Notes: a model not told the origin generated them from the letters alone. A DNA stretch of 64,000 nucleotides from Alphaproteobacteria bacterium (GCA_965261735.1 OZ253470.1:352001-416000), one strand, 5' to 3'; shown: positions 9,598 through 20,082, numbered from the stretch's first letter. Numbers and translations are program-made.

Positions 9598-11490
9598 CTA
9601 TGGCACTGTTAGTTCAGGAGACCCCAGATACTCTTGCGCAAATTCGCGGTGCGCCTCTTGAATTGCGTTTACGAGATCGCGCTCAAAATTCTCTCGGTTC
9701 AAAGTTTCTTCAAGTTGCAAAAGCGCTGCATCAACCGCGACACCCACAGTCAAGGCCCCCAAAACTCCGCCGACCGTTGCACCAATAGCGGTTCCAACAA
9801 AGGGGACAATTGAGCCGATGGCGGCGCCGATAGGCGCACCACCAGTTGCGCCCGCTGAAACCTTTAGCCCCAGAGAGACCAATGGTTTCATCAACGCCTT
9901 GGCGGCAAGTTTAAAAACAGATTTAGTGGCGACTTTTGTAGTGATTTTCTTCAGGATGATTTTCTTGAAAGTGGAGGCCGCAATCACACCCGAAGCGACG
10001 GAGCTGGCGCCGGCGGCGCCCCCGGCTACTCCCGATCGATCCTCCAGTCGTATGATGTCCTTAGGAAACGTCCGCTCCAGAATATCGTCTAGTGAGACTG
10101 TAAGTGCGACCTGGGCATCGGCGGGCATCAAATCCAGTCCATTTCGGGAAAGAATGTCTCCGGCCACCTGCCTCAATTCTGTGTGCGCCTCCTCGGTGAC
10201 GGCAAGGGTTCTGCTCAGCTCTTCGTTGAAGTCCTGATACCACTTCGGCTGTTGAAACGTCTCGCTATGGCGTTCGACCATGTATCTTTCAAGATCACCA
10301 ACAAGCATCTTGGCGAGGCGTAAATATTCGGCGGGAAGACTGTAATACCAGTCAAGGTATTCATTTACAGCCTCAGTTTCGAGCCGGGTGAACATGCTGT
10401 CCGCCTCGTTGCGTAAGTATTGAAGGGTGGCCTCGAGTAAATCCGTTTTGGGGCGGGCCGCTGCGACAATCTGATCGCGTGTCCCTTCGCGGTAGACATT
10501 GCCGTCGATAACCTCAACTGTAGTTCGCTCAAACGAACCGCGAATGCTGGACAATCCCGATGACGACACTAATCCTTCCAGTTGTGCAAGTCCGGGAAGA
10601 TAGATAAAGCCAATGGCGAGCGTCGACAGCGCCGCCAACTGAAAAATCGCCTCCCCTGTACGTGGAATCATACGAGCCTGTGCAAAGCCAGCCCTTGAAA
10701 TCAGAAAACAGGACCACCCAAGACAAACGTTGTAATAGATGGCGAAATTAACGATCACCAAAATCAAAAGTGTTATTAGCGCATCGATTCGCCCAACACG
10801 ACCAAGTGCATACGCCTTGAGGCCATCGAAATAGGCAGCCCATGACAGTCCCTCTTTCACCAATTCGCTTCCGGACCAGTCGTCCGCTTGGTTCTTGTAC
10901 TCGCTGATAGCCGCCTGGATTGACTCGAACTCCGGCCACTCGCCCAAAGTCGCGGTTACAAGGACATACAGCAATACCATGACCACAGCGCACAACCCAC
11001 GAGACCATGCCAATGCCATACTTTGAGCAATATCCTCACGGAATTCCTCCAAAATGAATTCACGAATCAGGGCAAAAGTGATCGGGAATACGAAGATCCC
11101 TACCAACAAAACTACCCATTCGACCGCTGTATAGACATGAATTTGTAAGAACAGCAAAAACGACATCACCAGGGAGAAAATCAGCCACCAAGACATTCTT
11201 AGAAAACGGCGCGACAAGAGGCTGTATAACCATCCCTTGTGTGCAAGTGGAGCCAGTTTGTATTTCATTCGTATCGTGCTGGAATAAGTCGTGGTCGTGA
11301 AAATAGGTAGACTAAACAACAGCATGCTGACGCTAACCGCCCCGATCTCCATGGACTGCGCACGCGAGATTACGTATGCACTCAGCAACCAGAGTGGAGC
11401 GAATAGCAAAAACTTAACGTGTTCCCCATACAACGTCTGAAGCGCTTCAGAAAAACGCCGTGGCGAAATCTTCTTTAGAGTCAGGAGCAT
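9598..11490 (-). CDS. Polytopic membrane protein with C-terminal glycine-zipper, function unknown
   Basis: 630 aa; about 7-8 hydrophobic segments in the N-half, helical middle, GATGGAPIGAAIGSIVPFVGTAIGATVGG; lower GC than flanks. Confidence 0.75.
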   Translation of the reverse strand: MLLTLKKISPRRFSEALQTLYGEHVKFLLFAPLWLLSAYVISRAQSMEIGAVSVSMLLFSLPIFTTTTYSSTIRMKYKLAPLAHKGWLYSLLSRRFLRMSWWLIFSLVMSFLLFLQIHVYTAVEWVVLLVGIFVFPITFALIREFILEEFREDIAQSMALAWSRGLCAVVMVLLYVLVTATLGEWPEFESIQAAISEYKNQADDWSGSELVKEGLSWAAYFDGLKAYALGRVGRIDALITLLILVIVNFAIYYNVCLGWSCFLISRAGFAQARMIPRTGEAIFQLAALSTLAIGFIYLPGLAQLEGLVSSSGLSSIRGSFERTTVEVIDGNVYREGTRDQIVAAARPKTDLLEATLQYLRNEADSMFTRLETEAVNEYLDWYYSLPAEYLRLAKMLVGDLERYMVERHSETFQQPKWYQDFNEELSRTLAVTEEAHTELRQVAGDILSRNGLDLMPADAQVALTVSLDDILERTFPKDIIRLEDRSGVAGGAAGASSVASGVIAASTFKKIILKKITTKVATKSVFKLAAKALMKPLVSLGLKVSAGATGGAPIGAAIGSIVPFVGTAIGATVGGVLGALTVGVAVDAALLQLEETLNRENFERDLVNAIQEAHREFAQEYLGSPELTVP

Positions 11491-11644
11491 TACAACCGAT
11501 AGCTTACGAAAGGACCTGGATGTACCCAGTCAGCACTAGTTGTACAAGATCGTTGAACTGAGCAGGAGAGTGTTTTTGGCTCATCGTAGCGACGTAAGGA
11601 GCGAAGAGGAGACGAAATCACTGTTGACCGGCGTGGAATATTGA

Positions 11645-11839
11645 GAGTTATGGCCGATTTTGGGTGACGACCGATCAAGCGGCGGCGTTGTGGTTGATCT
11701 CGATCAACTCGATGCCATCGCGGAATTTGACTCCCTCGATGAGCTTGGGCAACTGATTTTTACCCTTCAGCACCCGCCAGCTTCGGGCCGCGGCGGTTAT
11801 CAGCATAAAGACCATACCCACGGCGGTGGCATGCGAGAG
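11645..11839 (-). mobile_element. IS256-family (type A) 3' remnant: C-terminal transposase and right end
   Basis: Hand translation MVFMLITAAARSWRVLKGKNQLPKLIEGVKFRDGIE...AAA*. End GAGTTATGGCCGATTTTGGGTGAC matches the IR at 9491. Confidence 0.8.
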
Positions 11840-12645
11840 GGCGTTGTCACGTTAACCACCGTGTAACCAGCTTGTGGGCGCCGACGCCGGAGATTATGCA
11901 ACGGTCGTCACTTGCCGCCACTGTCTCATCGCGTCGCCGCGGAATTGGCGGAGTGTTCGGCGGGAGACCAGATGGCGTTGGACGTTGAAGAGGTTGTAGA
12001 CGGTCGCATGGACGGCGAGGAACCGCTGCGCGGACGCGGGCGATTTGAACCGCTGCATCTTTCGAACTCGTCGTCGCACCGGCTGATGTGAATTTTCTGC
12101 CCGATTGTTCTTTCGCAGGCCTTGCTCATGCTGAGCCGAGAGGGCAAGCAAACGGATCGCGGTGCCGTAGGAGCGGAGTTTATCGGTTACAATCGTCGCC
12201 GGCGCGAAGCCCTGCTTCTTCAAGAGTTTCCGCATCAGCCGAATTGCCGCCCGAGCGTTCCTGCGGGATTGAACCAGGAAATCCAGGACTTCGCCCTCAC
12301 TGTCCACGGCACGCCAGAGATAGAACTGCCTCCCTCGAATTACGACGACCATCTCGTCCAGGTGCCAGCGTTCGGTCGGTCGTGGCCGCCGACGTTGAAT
12401 CCGCCGCGCATAGGCCCGACCGAATTTCAAGACCCATCTTCGAACTGTCTCATACGAGATGTCGAGACCACGCTCGGCAAGCAGGTCATCAACGTCCCGA
12501 TAGCTCAGCGTGAAACGGCAATAGAGCCAGACGGCATGCTGGATGATGACCGGTGGAAAGCGGTGACGACGGTAGGATATCTTGCACATCCAGAGACGCT
12601 AAAGCACCGGCCGTGCCGAAGCCACGCTGTTAACGTGACAATGCC
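11840..12645 (-). mobile_element. IS6-family element type 1, copy a
   Basis: TIRs GGCGTTGTCACGTTAAC / GTTAACGTGACAATGCC; 806 bp; no TSD. Confidence 0.95.
11894..12589 (-). CDS. IS6-family transposase
   Basis: YRRHRFPP, WHLDE, TDK and NRAENSH motifs. Confidence 0.95.
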   Translation of the reverse strand: MCKISYRRHRFPPVIIQHAVWLYCRFTLSYRDVDDLLAERGLDISYETVRRWVLKFGRAYARRIQRRRPRPTERWHLDEMVVVIRGRQFYLWRAVDSEGEVLDFLVQSRRNARAAIRLMRKLLKKQGFAPATIVTDKLRSYGTAIRLLALSAQHEQGLRKNNRAENSHQPVRRRVRKMQRFKSPASAQRFLAVHATVYNLFNVQRHLVSRRTLRQFRGDAMRQWRQVTTVA

Positions 12646-12796
12646 GGCGAAAGCGTTCATTCGCTGGCGCAACAAGCACAAGAGCGAAAGCTGAACATTT
12701 TACTTTCATTTTTGGACCGAATCTCCCTAAAAGGATGGCAGGCACCGAGGCAACGGTGCCTGCCCATCAACGCTCATCTCGAAAGGAACCCGAGCG

Positions 12797-12991
12797 ATGA
12801 CAAAACGCGATACCTTCAAATACCAGCAGAAAATTGGCAACAAGATTGTGCATGGTGGAATCACGAACGACCTTGAGCGTCGCGAGGTTGAACACCAGCA
12901 GAAATGGCCCAAGAGCCACATCACGCAAGTTGGCCGCCGTACAACGGAAGAGGCTGCCCGCAACTGGGAAAAGAAAAAGGGCTACACCTAA
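12797..12991 (+). CDS. Small GIY-YIG-like nuclease domain protein
   Basis: 64 aa; HGGITNDLERREVEHQ and later E (ARNWE) fit the minimal GIY-YIG pattern; AGGA RBS. Confidence 0.65.
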   Translation: MTKRDTFKYQQKIGNKIVHGGITNDLERREVEHQQKWPKSHITQVGRRTTEEAARNWEKKKGYT

Positions 12992-13620
12992 TCGGGGTGG
13001 TCCTGTCGGTGCAATTCACCTGAATCATCCACTGGGCCACACTCGAAGCGCCAACCCATCAATCGCCCGCAGCACCAGCGCCAGAGATGGGCCGGCGCTG
13101 CCAAAAATTCATAGACGCGAAGCTTAAAGCTCATTTTGGCTTCTTGCGCTTGGACGTTGCACTTTTGCTTCGCGCCCGTTTGGGTCGCGGCTGTGGTGGC
13201 GTTTTCAGCAGCCTGAGCAGAAACTTGTCCCTGCCCTTCTCTGTGACTTGATCAGCCTTCGACATTCGAAAAATCCACCGCTAATACATGGTCGGGCAAT
13301 AGATAAGTACATCCCTCTTCAATCAATTCGATAAATTGCCGCGCATCGGAAAAATAGTTCTTAAATGCCTCGCGTATCGAGGATCGGATCCGTCTTACGC
13401 TCGACCGACCATGTAGAATTCCCAAGTGACTCATCGGCCTTTGCCTGAGGCATGCACAGAAATACAGCCATTAGGCATAAAGCCGCGTGCGAGCAGCGTG
13501 ATTGAAAGCTCATCGTCCTTCGTCCCGGGTCAAGATCACCTTTTTCCCCCGGGTAAAGAACATCATGATGCCAAGGGCCATAGAAACACGTGAGGCTCAA
13601 AACTTCTCGTCGGTGCAGTG

Positions 13621-15318
13621 TCATCGGAGCCGATGCCAATCGGCGATGTTCCAGATCTCGCTGTCCCAGGTATTCAGCAGGACACCGCCCAGCGAGTGCG
13701 CATGGGCCGACACGCGACCGCGATGAACCAGCGGGATCAACACGTGGTCCTGAACCAGCATGTCGTTCATTTCCTTGGCGAGGCGAGCCCTTTCACCGAG
13801 ATCGCCAGTCTTCGCCATTTCCCCAAGGAGCCGGTCGTACTCCTCGCTACAGTAGCGTGGCACGTTCGCCCCCCGCCACTGCGAAGCCGGCCGGGGTTCG
13901 TTGCCGCAACGCCAGCCGCCGAGATACGGTTCCGGGTCTGCGCCTTCGAAATTGGTCGCATACATTTCGATATCGGCGAAGAACTTCTCGTATGTGTCCG
14001 GACTGCCCGGGTCACCGCCGAAAAACACCGAGGCGTCGATATCGCGGAGTTCCACTTCAACTCCGATCTCGGACCACCATTGCTTGATCAGAGCCTGGAA
14101 ATCCTGTCGAACCGCGTTGGTTGAGGTCTGGTACAGAATCGAAAGTCGTATGCCGTCCTCCTGCCGTATCCCGTCCGGCCCCGGCCGCCAGCCGGCTTCG
14201 TCGAGCAAACGCTTTGCGCCTTCGATGTCCTGCACCAGACAATCCTCGTTCGCGGCCGACGCGTAGACCTCTGGCGCCGGAACGACATTGCAGGTCGGGC
14301 GTGCGGCCTGGCCGTAGCCGACCTCAACGAGAAGCTCACGGTCGATAGCCATCGACAGGGCCTTGCGAACGGCGCGATCGGACAGAAACGGGTGCGGATG
14401 GGCGCGGGTGGAGCGTGCGTTGCCGAGCTCCGGAGCCGGATCGGTCAGGTTTACCAAGAGCCGCTCGACCAGAGTTCCGAAACTTGAAACCACCACCCCC
14501 TTTCCCGCAGCCTGCATACTCTGCAGCACATCTGGAGCGAGTTGCAGGTTCCAGGCATAGTCGAATTCGCCGGTCTCGAGAACGGCGCGCGCCGCCGCCG
14601 CGGCATCGCCCCCGCCCTTGAACGCAACGGTCGCGAAAGCCGGCTTTGCCGGATCGCGATAGTGGGGGTTGGCGTCCAAGGAGATGAAATCGTTCGGCCG
14701 GAACTCTGTCACGCGAAACGGGCCGGTGCCGATCGGGATAAAATTGGCTTCGGTACATTCCGGAGCCCGGGCGCCGGTGCAATCCGCGAATTGCGCCTTC
14801 TGCAGGATCGGCGATGTGGCACCGACGAAGGGGCCGTAGGGATAGGGTTTGGAGACGCCGAAGGTGACCTCCACGGTCAGGTCGTCGATCGCTTTGACCT
14901 CGGTCACCTCGTCAAACTTCGCCAGTTGCGAACAGCCGCCGGCGGTATCGCGGCAGTAGTCGGCGGTAAACACGACATCGGCGGCCGTCACCGGGCTTCC
15001 GTCCGACCACAGGAGGCCATCACGCAGCTTCCATGTAATGGTCTTCAAGTTAGCAGACACACCGCCATTCCCCACCGTTGGCACAGACGCGGCCAACCAG
15101 GGAGTAAGGGTTCCCGACTCGTCGAACCGGGCAAGCGGTTCCAGGACCATCGACGCGGCCTCGCGATCCTTCGTACCGCCCGACAAATACGGATTGAGGA
15201 TCGACGGGGCCTGCCAGTAAATGATGCTGACATGGCCGTCACTTCCCCGCTCGGCCGCCGCAGCGCCGGATACGAGTAGGGCGGCGGCCATCATGATCGC
15301 CAACGATGTCAGTCTCAT
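13621..15318 (-). CDS. Peptide ABC transporter substrate-binding protein (family 5)
   Basis: True start MRLTSLAIMM at 15318 after GGAGGAG RBS; signal peptide; WKLRDGLLWSDGSPVTAADVVFT and PIGTGPF motifs. No permeases adjacent. Confidence 0.93.
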   Translation of the reverse strand: MRLTSLAIMMAAALLVSGAAAAERGSDGHVSIIYWQAPSILNPYLSGGTKDREAASMVLEPLARFDESGTLTPWLAASVPTVGNGGVSANLKTITWKLRDGLLWSDGSPVTAADVVFTADYCRDTAGGCSQLAKFDEVTEVKAIDDLTVEVTFGVSKPYPYGPFVGATSPILQKAQFADCTGARAPECTEANFIPIGTGPFRVTEFRPNDFISLDANPHYRDPAKPAFATVAFKGGGDAAAAARAVLETGEFDYAWNLQLAPDVLQSMQAAGKGVVVSSFGTLVERLLVNLTDPAPELGNARSTRAHPHPFLSDRAVRKALSMAIDRELLVEVGYGQAARPTCNVVPAPEVYASAANEDCLVQDIEGAKRLLDEAGWRPGPDGIRQEDGIRLSILYQTSTNAVRQDFQALIKQWWSEIGVEVELRDIDASVFFGGDPGSPDTYEKFFADIEMYATNFEGADPEPYLGGWRCGNEPRPASQWRGANVPRYCSEEYDRLLGEMAKTGDLGERARLAKEMNDMLVQDHVLIPLVHRGRVSAHAHSLGGVLLNTWDSEIWNIADWHRLR

Positions 15319-15520
15319 GCTGTCTCCTCCTGTTATGAGCAATTCAGAAAAACGCGCCGAGGAACGGATCGGAGCAACTCGATCTGTTCGCCCGGGCGGA
15401 AAGCGGCGGCCCGGGGGACACGCCGGCGTGGCGCACGCTGCCGGGCCGGACATGCCGGAAGGCGACCGAGCTGATGGTCCGGCTGATGCTGGACCACGCG
15501 CAGGATCCCCGGGAACCGGG

Positions 15521-15558
15521 AACGGAGGCGGCCGATCATAACGGAGGCGGCCGATCAT
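15521..15558 (+). repeat. Perfect 19-bp tandem duplication (AACGGAGGCGGCCGATCAT x2)
   Basis: Read directly; duplicates the RBS of the recombinase fragment. Confidence 0.95.
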
Positions 15559-15663
15559 GATGTCTGACAAGATCGGGCCGCAGCATCTGCGTCGCAAGGC
15601 GATGCTCTATGTCCGGCAATCCTCGCCTCATCAGGTGAAGCACAACCGCGAGAGTGGCGCGCT
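15557..15663 (+). pseudogene. Large serine recombinase N-terminal fragment
   Basis: MMSDKIGPQHLRRKAMLYVRQSSPHQVKHNRES contains the catalytic YxRxS motif; cut by an IS3 end at 15664. Confidence 0.8.
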
Positions 15664-16126
15664 TGATGGGCGTGTTTCTTAACGGAGGCTCTGGCTCATC
15701 CAGGTTGATGTTAAGCCGCTTGGTTGTGATGGGCCAAGCGGCGTTTTTTGATGGTCAGGTTTTTGATCTTTCTCCTTCTCTCGATGATGGCGTGGTCCCG
15801 GCCGAAGTAGACGTCGGCGGGGGTGAGGTTGGCGAGGCTTTCGTGGTAGCGGCGGTGGTTGTAGTGCTCGACGAAGGTGCCGACGCTGGCCTTGAAATCG
15901 CCCGGCAGATAGTAGTTCTCCAGCAGGACACGGTTCTTCAGGGTCTGATGCCAACGCTCGATCTTGCCTTGGGTTTGGGGATGGTTCGGTGCGCCGCGGA
16001 CGTGATCCATACCCTGATCCTCAAGCCAGGCTGCAAGATCGCCGGCGATGTAGGACGAGCCGTTGTCGCTGAGGAGCCGGGGTTTGTGAACAACCTCCGC
16101 GCTGCTGCAACCTGACGCTTCGAGGG
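15664..16126 (-). mobile_element. IS3-family 3' remnant (integrase core)
   Basis: LLSDNGSSY, HPQTQGKIERWHQTLK and YNHRRYHESL motifs; terminal CA at 15664. Confidence 0.88.
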
Positions 16127-16432
16127 TGTCAATGACACGTAAAGATGTCCGGATTAGGTAGCACATTAAATGTCCGCTGCTGTTGTTGGGCCTGTGGGGA
16201 AGTGAGAAGGCGCGGAGCGGCTTTCCACTTATCCACAGGCTTGGTCGCCGAGCGGATTTAGGCGGCCCGTAAGCTTGACTTGTCGGTTTCGAGGTTGCCC
16301 TGCTGATCGTAGCGTCCGAGGCATCTGGGGCCGTGGAAGACAGCGAGCGTGCCGTCGGGATATTCATGGACGCGGACGCTGGCCTTGACGAAGTGCCGGC
16401 GGTGGGACTGTTCGGGGATCTGCAGGAGCAGC
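16127..16432 (-). mobile_element. ISNCY/IS481-like transposase 3' remnant with right end
   Basis: Hand translation LQIPEQSHRRHFVKASVRVHEYPDGTLAVFHGPRCLGRY...RAA*; end TGTCAATGACAC with repeated GGACAT boxes. Confidence 0.75.
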
Positions 16433-16750
16433 CTTCATGCCTTCGTTGCCGGGACCTCGGCGCCGGGCGCGCGGGTAATCACCGATGGCTGGAGCGGGTA
16501 TCCTGGCCTGCCCGACCACGACCACCAGCCCAAGGTCGTCGGTGCAACGCCCGCCCATCTCGTGCTGATCTGGATCCATCGTGTGTTCTCGAACCTGAAG
16601 CGCTGGGCGCTCGGAACCTTCCATGGCCTGCGCCGCGCCCATCTGTGCCGCTATCTCGACGAGTTCGTGTTCCGCTGGAACCGCCGCCGCCACACCGCAA
16701 CGGCCTTCGACACCCTGCTCGGCATCGGCACGCGCCTCCGACCCGCGGCG
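16433..16750 (+). mobile_element. IS1595-family transposase C-terminal fragment
   Basis: ITDGWSGY, IHRVFSNLKRW and YLDEFVFRWNRR motifs. Confidence 0.85.
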
Positions 16751-16817
16751 CTAGTGGCCGCGGCAGCCGAGCGGGGGTGGCGGTTCCCGACCTTGGACCC
16801 TTCTACAGGCATTGTCA

Positions 16818-17560
16818 TGTATGGACGCCCCCGGTGTTGCAAGGGGAAAACTGATTTGAATCGGCGGTAGAGCTTGCAGTCATGTATCCGGCCTTTTCGC
16901 TGCGGTACGCTGACCGCTGGCCCTGATGGAATCCGAAAGATCGACGCCCAGTCAGACTAACGAGCTTGATGCTCGGACAATGCCTCGGGTTTGGCCGATC
17001 TCGGGTGGAACCCTGTTTCGCCATCAAATCGTCGTCACCCTCGCAATTTGATCCCGGTTTGCCAGCTGGCTATGCCGGCGTCGGTCGGTAGATACGCTCG
17101 TACCTGAGCAGTGCCCAGGCGACACGGGCTGTCTTATTGGCCATGGCGACCAGCACCACGTTTGTCGGCCGCCGCGCCAGGAGCCGGTCGGTCCAGCCAG
17201 GCCCCGTGCCCGGCTTGGCGCGGCGCCAGCGCAGCACGGTTCGCGCACCGTGCACGAGCAAGCGCCTGATATAGCCATCCCCGCGCTTCGATATCCGTCC
17301 CAGTCTATCCTTGCCGCCACTCGAGTGCTGCCGGGGCACCAGACCGAGCCAGGCCGAAAGCTGTCGGCCCGAGCGGAACTGTGCGCCATCGCCGATCGTC
17401 GCGACCAGCGCCGTCGCGGTGATGACACCGACGCCGGGGATCGTCGCAAGACGGCGGCTCGCCTCGTTGGAGCGGTGCCATGCCAAAAGCGTCACTTCCA
17501 GCTGCTTGATCCGGGCCTGAGCAGAGCGGAGCTGCTCAACCAGAGAGCCAAGCGCACGTG
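16818..17560 (-). mobile_element. IS110 family (IS1111 group) 3' remnant with non-coding right end
   Basis: IPGVG, SAWLGLVPRQHSSGGK and VAMANK motifs; stop at 17070; sub-terminal IR ATGGACGCCCCC at 16821, 3 bp from the inferred end. Confidence 0.85.
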
Positions 17561-18165
17561 GCCAACGCCGACCGTCAGCAGCAAGCGGCTTGCCAATCCG
17601 GAACGATTTTGGCACGCTTTCCCGCGTGGATCGGTTCCAACATGGGGAATCCCAGATAAATAGAAGGGACAGGTCCGGGCACTTCCTGGTCAGACTGGTC
17701 GACTATCTCGCCGACGGAGTGATTGCGGCCATGGCCGAGGCGGAAGCGTTGGTAGAGGGCTATGTCTCGCCGCTCGTGAGCCTGATACAGGCCATCCGCG
17801 ACAGGATCGTGGCGAACGCCGAGGAGCGCGCTTGGGTCATTGACCGGGACCGACTCGACGACCGCCACATCGTCCGGCGCATGGTCCTCAAGCGCTGCGT
17901 CTACGGTGTCGACAAGAACCCCATGGAGGTGGAGCTGGTCAAGGTCGCGTTGTGGCTGCGCACCTTCACGGTCGGCGCGCCGCTCAGCTTCCTGGATCAC
18001 CATCTTCGCTGCGGCGATAGCCTGTTTCGGCGCATGGGCACGGGACGGGGTCGACAAGGCGACCGAGTATGGCAGCCCGTTGCTTCTGCACGGCTCTGTC
18101 ACCCAGGCGGGACTTGCCGCGCGGGAAATGCAGACTATCGAGGAGTTGACCGACGCCGAGATCGC

Positions 18166-19560
18166 GGCTGTGTCTCGAAAGTGGTGGAAATTTGAGGATG
18201 GCGTAATCTCCGGGTGACAAGACAACCACCCAATCGGCGGCTAGCACCGCCAAGGAGATCACGCCATGAAGAACACTACCGAGACTTCCGCGCTTTCGCT
18301 ACTGGCCAATGACGCCGGCTATGATCCGATCGAGGACCGGCTGCGGGAGAACATCAGATCCACGATCGAGGCCGTTTTTGAGGAGGAACTTGCGCAGTTT
18401 CTCGGGCGCTGCCGATACGGTCGAGAGGACGCGCTTCGGCAAGGGTATCGGAACGGGCACCGGGAGCGGCAACTGACGGGGACATTCGGGACCGAGAGGG
18501 TGAGCGTGCCGCGTGCGCGGATCGTTGAGGAAGACGGTCGGGCGTCGGAATGGCGTTCGCGGGCGCTGCCGCGCTACCAGCGGCTGACCAGAAAGGCCGA
18601 GGCGCTGATCGCTTCGGTGTATCTGTCCGGAACCAACACGCGGCGGGTGAAACGCGCGCTGTTCGGGCTCTTCCGGGGTGCTGTGAGCAAGGACGTTGTG
18701 AGCCGGGCGTGGCGCAAGGTGAAGGTCGATTGGGACGCCTGGTGCAGCCGTGGCCTCGCGGATGAGGATATCGTTCGGCTGATCCTTGACGGCACTGTGA
18801 TCAAGATCCGACTGGACCGCAAGGCCACCAACATCTCGGTTCTCGCGGCTATAGGGGTGCGCCGGGATGGCCAGAAGGTCTTGCTTTCGATCGGGAATAT
18901 GGGCGGAGAAAGCCAGGCGGCGTGGCGCCAGTTCCTCGACGACCTTGATGCGCGTGGACTGAAACGGCCCGGGTTTGTCATCGTCGATGGCGCGCCGGGA
19001 CTGGAGGCGGCTCTGTCGGCGCTTTGGGGCGATGACCTTCCCGTTCAACGCTGCACCGTGCACAAGCACCGCAACCTTCTGGGTCATGCTCCCAAACACA
19101 TGCATGACGAGCTGAGCGAAGATTACCGCGATATGATCTATGCTGACACTGCCTCCGAGGTGGAAACCCGCCGCAAGGCGTTTGTCCGCAAGTGGCGGCT
19201 GAAATGCAGGGCCGTCGCGGACAGCCTCGCAGAAGCGGGCGACAAGCTCTTTACCTTCAACGCGCCTGTCCAAGAGCCAATGGAAATCAGCCCGAACGAC
19301 CAACGCCATTGAGCGTCTCAACGAGGAGTTCAAGCGCCGGATCAAAACACAGACCGTGCTGCCGTGTCCCGAAACAGTGCCGATGCTCCTCTGGGCGCTC
19401 CTCGCTTCCGGCCAAATCCAGATGCGCAAAGTCGATGGATGGGAAACCCTCGATCAGCTAATCGCCGACGAAACCCTTGACCGCGCGGCCTGACCGCCGC
19501 AAAACTCAACCCGCTCGGAGAGGCGCCAAAACCAATTTCCACCACTTTCGAGACACAACC
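18166..19560 (+). mobile_element. IS256-family element type B, copy 1
   Basis: TIRs GGCTGTGTCTCGAAAGTGGTGGAAAT / ATTTCCACCACTTTCGAGACACAACC; 8-bp TSD GAGATCGC. Confidence 0.96.
18266..19493 (+). pseudogene. IS256 transposase with +1 frameshift
   Basis: Extra A near 19260 (TTCAACGCG versus TTCACGCG in the other copies) gives 348 aa instead of 408 aa. Confidence 0.9.
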
Positions 19561-19636
19561 GAGATCGCCGAGGCGCACCGCTCCGCCGAGACCCTCTGAG
19601 ACAGGTCTGCGCTGGCCGGCCCGCCGCCGTCCGCGT

Positions 19637-20029
19637 TCAACCCCGCCGGGCCAGCCACAGCGCCGCGATCCATACCGGCAGGCTGAGCACCACCGCGGCG
19701 ACAACGATCGCCAGCGGGCCGAGCAATCCCAGCAGTAGCGACGCCGCCACCGTTACGGTCCCCAGCGCCGCGCCCACGCCCCAGGCGGCACGGCGAAATC
19801 CGAGCCACCACAACCGTCGGCACGCCAGCGCCAGTGGCAGGCCGCAAGGGGCGACGACGATCAGCGAGGGCGCTGCCATCAACACCATCGGCAACCACAT
19901 TCCGGTCATCTCCGACGGTGTCCTCTCCGGCATGAAGCGGAACGCCGTCGTCGTGACGACCCCCACCGGCAGCCAGAGCAGCGCCAGCGGCCAGAATCCC
20001 CGGCGCCTGGTGGATCCCCGCTCGTTCAT
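19637..20029 (-). CDS. Small multi-pass membrane protein
   Basis: About four hydrophobic segments; GC-rich third codon positions. Confidence 0.6.
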   Translation of the reverse strand: MNERGSTRRRGFWPLALLWLPVGVVTTTAFRFMPERTPSEMTGMWLPMVLMAAPSLIVVAPCGLPLALACRRLWWLGFRRAAWGVGAALGTVTVAASLLLGLLGPLAIVVAAVVLSLPVWIAALWLARRG

Positions 20030-20082
20030 GCCACGCACAACACCAAGGCGATCCGTGATGCGTTGAGAAGAGAAGTTTGCGC

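Larger units (their letters stand above)
17670..19598 (+). pseudogene. Type IIG/Eco57I-like N6-adenine methyltransferase internal fragment, frameshifted and IS256-interrupted
   Basis: SGHFLV (motif I), [11 protein letters not shown] and [11 protein letters not shown]; frameshift near 18027; reading continues DAEIA|IS256|EIAEAHRSAETL. Confidence 0.82.

Noticed and set aside
13100-13520. Small exported-protein gene downstream of the peptide-binding protein
   Set aside because: A signal-like start is followed by an early stop and no recognisable family; too weak to annotate.
15319-15597. N-terminal extension of the 658-aa peptide-binding ORF
   Set aside because: A strong RBS and signal peptide place the start at 15318; the extension overlaps the recombinase remnant.
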